From Nitrospinia bacterium (GTDB lineage: Bacteria; Nitrospinota; Nitrospinia; Nitrospinales; JAJDAT01), in the NCBI GenBank assembly GCA_029261715.1, contig JAJDAT010000032.1:10575-74574 (forward strand): a stretch of 64,000 nt of DNA. The letters run 5' to 3'. A program made the translations under genes and the position numbers. Numbering within the stretch: the stretch's first letter is position 1; the number at the start of each line of letters is the position of its first letter. Positions 9,895 to 17,708 of the stretch are shown piece by piece. The notes below the pieces were generated by a model. The model ran no database searches, was not told the DNA's origin, and saw only the letters and a program-made list of their open reading frames with translations.

Positions 9895-11040
9895 ATGGAA
9901 CGAAGCAAGCTCGAAATATTAAACGTCACTGAATACAATTTACTAGCCACAAAAGACCCCAACGGTAGCTACGACCGAAAAACCCGAGAAAATTTATATT
10001 GGGTAATCGAAAAACTCCGCCAAAACGCTTCAAATCTTTCCCCTCTAGAAAATAAAATTTTTTTCAAATTCAAGAACGCTCAGTTCGAAGCGCTTGGAGA
10101 AAAAGAAAAAAAAGTAAAAATTGAAATCGCTCGATATCGTTTTTCCAATAACTTCAAACAAACTCTCAAAGTAGTCGGCGCAGGGCTTGGAGCCTTTATA
10201 TTGATCGCGGGATTTGTTTACCAATTCATTTTAGACGACGCAACCCAACAAAAAGTCGAAGTCGCTTACTATCAAGGGTTGAATGAAGTTGGCTTAGTTT
10301 CCAAAGAAGATTTTGAACAAATTCGGGCCGATCTAGACTTAACGTTTACCGAACTAGAAAAAGCAAAAAAACAATCGAAAGAATTAAATCAAACTGTCGA
10401 AAGGATGATAGCCAATAATAAGGTTACTGAAAACCTCAGATACATCGTTAAGCAGATCTATAGGAACCCCAGAGCAAAATACATAAAAAGCGAAAAAGAA
10501 GTCGCTTTAAATTTTGATGGAAAACCTATCGCTAAATATCTAAGAGATCCTAGCCTCTGGTATATCATTGGAGTCATCGAAACAGGGGTAATTCGTTTGT
10601 ATTATGACAACGAAGAAGTTTTAGAATTCCGCACAATTTTCGGACGAAAAGGCGAAGAAACCCCTTTAGGGGAATACAAAATTAAAAATAGAGTGTATAA
10701 ACCCACGTGGTATAAAAAAGAAATAAAAGAAGGTAAAACTCGCGTTCGAGCCATTCCATTTGGTCACCCGGAACATGAAATTGGTTTTTGGTGGTTAGGA
10801 TTAAAAAGGTTGGGCGATCCCGTTCCCGGGAGTTATGGAATCCATGGAGTTAACGTAACAAAAGTTAATGAATTTTATAAAAAGAACTTCGACTGGCGGA
10901 ATGGAAGCGCTGGTTGTCCTAATGTTCAAGATTGGCATTTAAATTTTATCGCGGAAGTTGTGCCCGTCGGAACCAATGTAAATATTGTCCTTAAAGACAA
11001 ATGGGCAAATGAAAGAAACACTCCTCCTTCAGCAGCATAA
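9895..11040 (+). CDS. Membrane-anchored L,D-transpeptidase (YkuD-domain) protein
   Basis: 381 aa. N-terminal domain homologous to that of the preceding bactofilin, a TM helix (VVGAGLGAFILIAGFVYQFIL), and a C-terminal YkuD signature YGIHGVN...GSAGCPNV. Confidence 0.8.
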   Translation: MERSKLEILNVTEYNLLATKDPNGSYDRKTRENLYWVIEKLRQNASNLSPLENKIFFKFKNAQFEALGEKEKKVKIEIARYRFSNNFKQTLKVVGAGLGAFILIAGFVYQFILDDATQQKVEVAYYQGLNEVGLVSKEDFEQIRADLDLTFTELEKAKKQSKELNQTVERMIANNKVTENLRYIVKQIYRNPRAKYIKSEKEVALNFDGKPIAKYLRDPSLWYIIGVIETGVIRLYYDNEEVLEFRTIFGRKGEETPLGEYKIKNRVYKPTWYKKEIKEGKTRVRAIPFGHPEHEIGFWWLGLKRLGDPVPGSYGIHGVNVTKVNEFYKKNFDWRNGSAGCPNVQDWHLNFIAEVVPVGTNVNIVLKDKWANERNTPPSAA

Positions 11041-11103
11041 TTCCCAACAGTTTGAATATATATCAGATCATAAGTCCATGACTCTAAAGGCTAGGGTCTT
11101 CAG

Positions 11104-11136
11104 AACTTTAAATTTTTAGAAGTTCCCTTAATTTAG
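11104..11136 (+). repeat. 33-nt upstream motif, copy 1
   Basis: AACTTTAAATTTTTAGAAGTTCCCTTAATTTAG lies 22 nt upstream of argH. 30/33 identical to 16232-16264. Confidence 0.6.
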
Positions 11137-11157
11137 AAAATTTGAAAGGAATATTAA

Positions 11158-12540
11158 ATGAAAAAGCCTTGGGGCGGAAGATTTAAGGAATCGACCGATC
11201 AACTAATGGAACGGTTCAATGCCTCTATCGGCTTTGACAAAAAGCTATACGCTTATGATATTCAGGGAAGTATCGCTCATTGTAAAATGTTAGCGAAATG
11301 CAAAATCATTTCTGTACCGGAATCAAAAAAGATCATTTCAGGTTTACAACAAATATTGGGGGAATTTGAATCCGGAAAATTTCAGTGTAGCGACGCATTA
11401 GAAGACATACACATGAATATCGAACGGAGACTATTAGATATAATCGGTCCCGTAGGCGGAAAACTTCACACGGCTAGAAGCCGTAACGATCAAGTCTGTT
11501 TAGACGTTCGCCTTTATTTACGGGCCGAAGCGAAAGAAATATTGAGCCGCTTGCACGAAGTGGAGAAAACATTACTTGCAGTGGCCAAAGACACCATAGA
11601 TTTTATTATGCCTGGCTACACTCATTTACAACGCGCGCAACCCATTTCATTATCTCACCACATATTGGCCTACCTTGAAATGTTGCATCGAGATCGAGAT
11701 CGAATTTCCGATAATTTAAAAAGAATCGATATCATGCCCTTAGGTTCCGCCGCCTTAGCCGGCACCAATTTTCCCATAGACAGAAGCTACGTCGCCAAAT
11801 TATTAAATTTCTCCGTCGTTTCCAATAACAGTATGGATTCTGTCGCCGATCGTGATTTTATGATCGAGTTTTGTTCCGCCGCGTCAATTTTAATGATGCA
11901 TTTGAGTCGGTTTTGCGAAGAGATAGTCTTATGGTCTTCCAGCGAATTTGACTTTATAGAATTGTCAGACGCATTTTCTACGGGTAGCAGCATTATGCCG
12001 CAGAAAAAAAACCCAGACGCCGCTGAACTAATCAGAGGTAAATCCGGAAGAATATACGGTAATTTAATGGCGTTACTGACTTTGATGAAATCTTTACCCA
12101 TGGCATACAACAAAGATCTTCAGGAAGATAAAGAACCTCTATTTGACACTGTCGATACCGTAAAAATCTGCTTAGATGTTTTTAACGGGATGATTAAAAC
12201 CGCAACATTTAAAAAAATTCCCGAAAAAAATATGAAATCATCAGGATTTCTTACCGCTACCGATTTAGCCGATTATCTTGTATTACGAGACGTTCCATTC
12301 CGTGAGGCTCATGAGATTACTGGAAAAACGGTAGCTTATTGTTTGGATAAAGGAAAAAATTTAGAGGAACTCAAACTCAAAGAGTTATCAAAAATTTCTT
12401 CAAAATTTGACTCAAAAGTTTTTGAGTATATTTCTCTGGAAAATTCAGTCGATAGAAAAAATGTATACGGTGGAACCGCTAGGAACCAAATTAAAAAACA
12501 AATGCGTCGATGGCAAAAAATCTTAAAGGAAGAAAAATGA
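11158..12540 (+). CDS. argH: Argininosuccinate lyase
   Basis: 460 aa. The fumarate-lyase signature GSSIMPQKKNPD and the N-terminus KPWGGRF are typical of ArgH. Confidence 0.93.
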   Translation: MKKPWGGRFKESTDQLMERFNASIGFDKKLYAYDIQGSIAHCKMLAKCKIISVPESKKIISGLQQILGEFESGKFQCSDALEDIHMNIERRLLDIIGPVGGKLHTARSRNDQVCLDVRLYLRAEAKEILSRLHEVEKTLLAVAKDTIDFIMPGYTHLQRAQPISLSHHILAYLEMLHRDRDRISDNLKRIDIMPLGSAALAGTNFPIDRSYVAKLLNFSVVSNNSMDSVADRDFMIEFCSAASILMMHLSRFCEEIVLWSSSEFDFIELSDAFSTGSSIMPQKKNPDAAELIRGKSGRIYGNLMALLTLMKSLPMAYNKDLQEDKEPLFDTVDTVKICLDVFNGMIKTATFKKIPEKNMKSSGFLTATDLADYLVLRDVPFREAHEITGKTVAYCLDKGKNLEELKLKELSKISSKFDSKVFEYISLENSVDRKNVYGGTARNQIKKQMRRWQKILKEEK

Positions 12541-12665
12541 AAATTCAACAATACGTAGTTTTAGTTTTATTTTTTTGCATCTTAACAGTCAGTTTAGGTT
12601 GCGGAAAAAAGGCTCCCCCAAAACCTCCAGAAGAGATATTGAATCTCAGTCCTCTTTTCAAATAA
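12537..12665 (+). CDS. Small lipoprotein (LptM/YifL-like candidate)
   Basis: 42-aa ORF not in the track (MKIQQYVVLVLFFCILTVSLGCGKKAPPKPPEEILNLSPLFK). ATGA overlap with the argH stop, lipobox SLGC followed by GKK. Similar tiny lipoprotein genes commonly follow argH. Confidence 0.5.
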   Translation: MKIQQYVVLVLFFCILTVSLGCGKKAPPKPPEEILNLSPLFK

Positions 12666-13090
12666 TCCTCTCAAGGAACTAAAAAAATCTTATCTATAAT
12701 CTTTGTCTTCTCAATAGAATTCCTCCAGAAAAATTCGTGAATAATTTAACAATAAAAAATTGGGTTTCGGTTTTCTAAATAACCATTATTGTCAAATAAC
12801 GCGTAAAGAGAACTCTGGGTTCACAATAAGTTTACGATATTAGTTCAACGCCGAACAAACTTCTCAAAAGCGACTCAAAGATCTAATTTTCTGTTTAAAT
12901 TATTGATTTTTAATGATATATTTGAATTCGTTGCAAGCTCTAAACGCTCTAAATCACCAGAGTTTTTTCTACCCAAGCTTAATAGACGTCTCAAAATTTG
13001 ATGTTTTTGCGATGCCCCGTCAGTCAAACTAGAAACTCGAGTTTTTGAGATTTTCCATCAATTTCGATCTATCTAAACTATTCCTAGGCT

Positions 13091-14353
13091 ATGGAACCCA
13101 AGTATTTTAAAGAAAAAGTCGCTATATTTTTAAATGATCACCCAGAGTTTTTCAATTTTTACCCTGATCTTTTAAAAAAAATCAAAACCATCGAAGTTGA
13201 CGATCTTCCTTTAGCTCCAGCTCATTCAATGAGTGTTGCTAACAAGATAATCCAAACTGTTCGCGACGACCGCGAACATTACAAAGGCAAACTTGAATGG
13301 TTTCTTGAAATCGCTAATAAAAACGAGATTATTCATAATCATCTATATGAAATCGAGAGATTGACTTTATCCAATTCAGATCTTCCGACCATGTTAACCC
13401 AGCTCAAAAGGGAAATCGTGAACCGTTTTGATATTCAATTTGTTGCGGTTTGGTTAGCGGACGATCTAGGGGATTCATCAAATTTAGGCGTTGAAGACAG
13501 GTATCCAGAACCTATCGACGGTAGTTTCCGTTTCGTCGATAGAGATATTCTTGAAGCCTGGTTTGGAGACAATTGTGAACCACAATTGAGAAGCGAAATT
13601 ACAGAGGATTCTAGAGGGTTTTATTCTCCCCGCGATCGTGATCGGGTTCAATCAGAAGCTTTAATTCCAATTATGATGCGCAATGAACTCTCAGGGTTTT
13701 TAGCTCTCGGTAGCGAAAACCCGTTTCACTTTTATGAAGAATTGGATTCTAGCTTTTTAACAAAAATGGCCGGTAAACTTGCTATATCGCTTGAAAACAT
13801 TTTTTTATGGGACCGTCTCAAAGAATTATCTTATACAAACCCAATAACCGGCTTCTATGACAGAACTTATTTAGAAATAGCTCTTTCAAGGGAGTTTGAA
13901 CGAAGTAAACGATATCGAAATTTTTTAACCTGCGCCATTATGTGCATTGACTATTTTGATAATCTCGATAATACTGAAGATATCTCAAGGGAATTATTCG
14001 AAGAACTAACGCCTATTTTGAACGAAGCGTGCCGGTCCATGGATATAGTCTTGCACTATGACGAACGGAAATTCTTTTTTATATTTCCTGAAGCATCGTT
14101 GGAAAGCGGAAATCAAATAGCCGAACGGATCAGAAACCGCATTGAAAATGCCAAACTGGAGATACCGGGATTAGAATCGGTAACTGCTAGCTTAGGAGTT
14201 TCTTCTTTCCCAAATGCCGCAGTAAAAAGTTGGAAAGATCTCATTCAAAATGCTCTTAAAGGGTTAACAAAAGCCAATGAAAATGGCGGAAATCAAGCGG
14301 TTGCTTATTCCCGGTTTTTTAACGGCAAGCTTGTTTCAGAATCTCATATTTAA
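13091..14353 (+). CDS. DUF484/GAF-like sensor protein with a degenerate GGDEF domain
   Basis: 420 aa. The N-terminus FLNDHPEFFNFYPDLL is DUF484-like. The C-terminal GGDEF fold has the signature replaced by DERKF (VLHYDERKFFFIFPE). Confidence 0.7.
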   Translation: MEPKYFKEKVAIFLNDHPEFFNFYPDLLKKIKTIEVDDLPLAPAHSMSVANKIIQTVRDDREHYKGKLEWFLEIANKNEIIHNHLYEIERLTLSNSDLPTMLTQLKREIVNRFDIQFVAVWLADDLGDSSNLGVEDRYPEPIDGSFRFVDRDILEAWFGDNCEPQLRSEITEDSRGFYSPRDRDRVQSEALIPIMMRNELSGFLALGSENPFHFYEELDSSFLTKMAGKLAISLENIFLWDRLKELSYTNPITGFYDRTYLEIALSREFERSKRYRNFLTCAIMCIDYFDNLDNTEDISRELFEELTPILNEACRSMDIVLHYDERKFFFIFPEASLESGNQIAERIRNRIENAKLEIPGLESVTASLGVSSFPNAAVKSWKDLIQNALKGLTKANENGGNQAVAYSRFFNGKLVSESHI

Positions 14354-14364
14354 AATAGATTAAA

Positions 14365-14883
14365 ATGTTTCGCAAAGCGCACGAAAAAGATATCGACGCC
14401 GTTTTCGGTTTAATCGATCAGTACGCTCAACAAATGTTAATGTTGCCAAGATCCCGATTAGATATTCGAGAGAATATCAACGAGTTCTTTGTCTTCGAAG
14501 AGGCGGGAGAAATAGTTGGAACGGCAGCGTTAAAATTTGGCTGGGACTTATTAGCCGAAGTTCGGTCTCTAGCAGTTCGTTCAGACAAATATCGAAACCG
14601 AATAGGACTCCAGTTAGTAATCGGTTGCATTGAACAAGCAAAAACCGCCCAAATGGAGAAAATTTTCGTATTAACTTACGTAAGTCCTTTTTTCGAAAAA
14701 CTAGGATTCGAAGTTATAAATAAAAGCGCATTACCTCTAAAAGTTTGGGAAGATTGCATGGGTTGCACCCATCGACATGCTTGTGATGAAATAGCATTGA
14801 TTAGGGAACTAAAATCGGTAGAATTGTCTCCTTTAGTTTCCACCGGAACCCCTGGACATCCCGAGAAACCCATCGAATATTAG
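14365..14883 (+). CDS. GNAT N-acetyltransferase, short ArgA-like (N-acetylglutamate synthase-like)
   Basis: 172 aa. FVFEEAGEIVGTAAL...EVRSLAVRSDKYRNRIGLQLV...FVLTY...FFEKLGF resembles the acetyltransferase domain of ArgA. Confidence 0.6.
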   Translation: MFRKAHEKDIDAVFGLIDQYAQQMLMLPRSRLDIRENINEFFVFEEAGEIVGTAALKFGWDLLAEVRSLAVRSDKYRNRIGLQLVIGCIEQAKTAQMEKIFVLTYVSPFFEKLGFEVINKSALPLKVWEDCMGCTHRHACDEIALIRELKSVELSPLVSTGTPGHPEKPIEY

Positions 14884-14887
14884 TATA

Positions 14888-14974
14888 ATTAACCCGACAC
14901 TTAAATAGATGACATCAATCTAGACACATCATACGGAAATAAGGCTTTAAATGGATGTATTTTGATTGCTTCAT
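14888..14974. repeat. Intergenic repeat, copy 1 of 2 (about 87 nt)
   Basis: ATTAACCCGACACTTAAATAGATGACA... aligns without gaps to 17584-17670. About 68 of 87 positions match by manual alignment, and the first 27 nt differ at one base. Confidence 0.7.
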
Positions 14975-15432
14975 GTCAGGTATTTAATCCTCCCCGTAAT
15001 ACCCACCAACTTAGATTTCTAAAAAATCTTCTATAAGAACTGGCTTGACGGTTAATTGAAAAGCGAGACTTATCCTTGATCCGCCAGTTCAAACCAGAGG
15101 AGGTAGGGATTATTTTAAATCGAGGTGAGATATAACTCCTTAATTTAGGCTTAGCGTCTTCAAATAGGAGTCGCTAGATACAACAATTTAATCTTGCACT
15201 AGAATCGTTACCCTCGCTTCGCTCCTCAAAAAGACACACGAGAGGGACTTTCTTAAATTTAGTCAACTTCAACTTAACGCTTCTCTTAGAAACTAATTCC
15301 TCAATCAACGCGCAAAACCAATCTGCTACCCCTAATTTAGTCTATACCTCATGTCGCAATCACAAAAAAAATAATGCCAATTATTCTTTAAAGCGTTAAA
15401 ATAGGGTATTAATAGTTTACATGTGAGTCAAC

Positions 15433-16146
15433 ATGATTAACGGTTTATCCAACGCATTATCGGGACTGAAAACAGCTTCAAAAAAGTTAGCCAATAGCGC
15501 TAACAATGTGGCTAATGTTCGAACTCCTGGGTTTAAAGCGTCGCGCGCCGATTCTGTTTCTATAGAATCCGGCGGCTCAAAGGTTTCTTCGATCTCTCGT
15601 TCCAACACTCAAGGATCAGTGATCCCCACCTCCAATCCACTAGACTTAGCTATCGCAGGAAACGGATTATTCCAAATAACTAACTCTGGAGGCGGAACTT
15701 CTTTCACTAGAGGGGGAAGCTTCAAAACTGACGGTAATGGACGATTAACCTCAAGTAACGGGGAACCGTTAACCCCAGAGATCCAGATACCTGAAAATGC
15801 CACTAATATTTCAATTTCTCAAACGGGAGAAGTCTCAGCCCAAATAGATGGTCAAAGCCAAAATCTAGGGCAAATACAATTGGCCTCTTTTGCAAATCCC
15901 GCTGGATTGACTGCTGAAGGTAATGGTTCATTTAACGAATCTGCCAGCTCCGGCGCTGCGGTTACAGGCAACCCAGGAAATGGCGAATTAGGAAGTGTAT
16001 TATCTGGTTTTTTAGAAGAATCCAACGTCGATATCGCTAGCGAAGTGGTGGGGCAAATTGCCGATGTTGCCGCATTCAAAGCCAACGCCGTAGTTATAAA
16101 AGCAATTGACGAAGCAACCGGCTCTATCCTTGACATCAAAGCCTAG
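15433..16146 (+). CDS. Flagellar basal-body rod/hook family protein (FlgF/FlgG-like), orphan
   Basis: 237 aa. N-terminal rod motif SANNVANVRTPGFK and C-terminal LEESNVDIASEVVGQIADVAAFKANAVVIKAIDE. No other flagellar genes in the window. Confidence 0.7.
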   Translation: MINGLSNALSGLKTASKKLANSANNVANVRTPGFKASRADSVSIESGGSKVSSISRSNTQGSVIPTSNPLDLAIAGNGLFQITNSGGGTSFTRGGSFKTDGNGRLTSSNGEPLTPEIQIPENATNISISQTGEVSAQIDGQSQNLGQIQLASFANPAGLTAEGNGSFNESASSGAAVTGNPGNGELGSVLSGFLEESNVDIASEVVGQIADVAAFKANAVVIKAIDEATGSILDIKA

Positions 16147-16231
16147 CTCGTAAGTTTTTAAGTTCTCTTTCTTTTTATTTTTCTCGATTCTCTCCTTCCT
16201 AATCATTGGTTCTAGCCATTAAATCCCTGGT

Positions 16232-16264
16232 AACTTTAAATTTTTAGAAATTCCCTTAATTAAA
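16232..16264 (+). repeat. 33-nt upstream motif, copy 2
   Basis: AACTTTAAATTTTTAGAAATTCCCTTAATTAAA lies 85 nt upstream of the DnaD-like ORF. Confidence 0.6.
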
Positions 16265-16348
16265 CGCTTCCCTCATTGTAATATTCCATTTATTATTGGA
16301 CAACAAACCGTCAATCGATTTTTAAATCTCTAACTTAAGTTTTAATAA

Positions 16349-16609
16349 ATGAGTTTCATCGAAGAAAGCAATTTAAATTATCTTGCCCAGGTTGAGCAAT
16401 TTTTTCTTTCATTAAAAGATTCCGGGCTTTCGCTTTCCGCCGTCGATTATCATTTAATTTCCGACTGGGAGGACCGAGGGATACCCGTAGAAGCTCTCTG
16501 CTTGGCCATTGAAAAAGGAACTCGCCAATTCTATAAATCGTCTAAATTTGGCAGAATATCTCTATCGTACCTAAAGGAATTTATCGAGGAGGAAATAGGT
16601 TCTCGATGA
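16349..16609 (+). CDS. DnaD/DnaB_2-domain-like small protein (putative helicase-loading accessory)
   Basis: 86 aa. LSAVDYHLISDWEDRGIPVEALCLAIEKG resembles the DnaD C-terminal repeat. Its stop overlaps the start of the DnaC-like gene by 4 nt. Confidence 0.45.
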   Translation: MSFIEESNLNYLAQVEQFFLSLKDSGLSLSAVDYHLISDWEDRGIPVEALCLAIEKGTRQFYKSSKFGRISLSYLKEFIEEEIGSR

Positions 16610-17460
16610 CAATAAAAGAAAAAAATGACGCTGAAGATCGACCCTATTTATTAAAAAACGTTCGCGGCATTGTGCAGGCAAAATTAGCCAAAAGCGATGA
16701 CTGTGAATTGTGCGGAGGCGAGGGTCGCATATATCGAGACGACGAACAAGGGCGTTCGTTTGTCAATATTTGCGAATGTATCCAAAATCAAAAACGGTTA
16801 GAAATTTTGAATGGAGCGGGAATTCCAGGCAAATTTCTAGACGCCACTTTTGCCACCTTTGAGACGGGCAATCGACAAAACGCATCCGTATTCGCAAAAG
16901 CTGTCGCAGAAGATTTTGTCAAAGACTTTGGGAAAACTAATAAGGGATTGTTATTTTATGGAAATCCCGGTTTAGGAAAAACTCACCTTGCCATATCCAT
17001 CCTTAAAGAACTAATTTTACGAAAAAGTATCGATTGTAAGTTCGTGGACTTTTTTCAATTATTGTCGGATGTTCGTCACGGCTATTCCGAAGAACGATCC
17101 GATAGAGAAATGATCGATCCCTATATCAAAGCTAAAGTTTTGGTCATTGACGAGCTGGCCAAAGGACGTAATACAGAATGGGAATTAAATGTTCTTGATC
17201 AATTTATCTCATGCCGGTATAACGACGCCAACAAAGTGACCATCATCACAACCAATTTTCGCCCTCCCGCCAAAAACGAAAACAGAAAATCAGGCTCTAA
17301 AAAAATGGATACCTCTGTACGAAGTTATCGAGACATGCTAACGGAAGAAACCTTGAGCGACAGAGTAGGCCCAAGAATTTATTCGCGTTTGCTAGAAATG
17401 TGCGCCCTTGTAGAACTTGAGGGAGATGATCACCGTGGGCAAAACGCCGTTATCTATTAA
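16606..17460 (+). CDS. DnaC/DnaI/IstB-like AAA+ ATPase (putative helicase loader)
   Basis: 284 aa. N-terminal Cys cluster (CELCGGEG...CEC), Walker A GNPGLGKTHLA and Walker B VLVIDELAKG. Confidence 0.7.
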   Translation: MTIKEKNDAEDRPYLLKNVRGIVQAKLAKSDDCELCGGEGRIYRDDEQGRSFVNICECIQNQKRLEILNGAGIPGKFLDATFATFETGNRQNASVFAKAVAEDFVKDFGKTNKGLLFYGNPGLGKTHLAISILKELILRKSIDCKFVDFFQLLSDVRHGYSEERSDREMIDPYIKAKVLVIDELAKGRNTEWELNVLDQFISCRYNDANKVTIITTNFRPPAKNENRKSGSKKMDTSVRSYRDMLTEETLSDRVGPRIYSRLLEMCALVELEGDDHRGQNAVIY

Positions 17461-17583
17461 TTGATAATGGCGCTTCAGTTTCGCTAATCTGCGTAGACTC
17501 TAAGTTAAATTTTTGTTTTATAACTAAATTTTCCTTTCTGATTAACTCCAACACAAGTTTAAAAATTAGACCTCTCATTAATT

Positions 17584-17670
17584 ATTAACCCGTCACTTAA
17601 ATAGATGACAACTGTATAGAGACATCCTACGAGGAAAAGGCTTCAAATAAATATGTTTTGATCGCTTATT
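17584..17670. repeat. Intergenic repeat, copy 2 of 2 (about 87 nt)
   Basis: ATTAACCCGTCACTTAAATAGATGACA... matches 14888-14974. It overlaps the TTG-start extension of ORF 17658. Confidence 0.7.
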
Positions 17671-17708
17671 CTCGCCTATTTAGTCATCCGCTTAATAATA
17701 ATTGCTTC

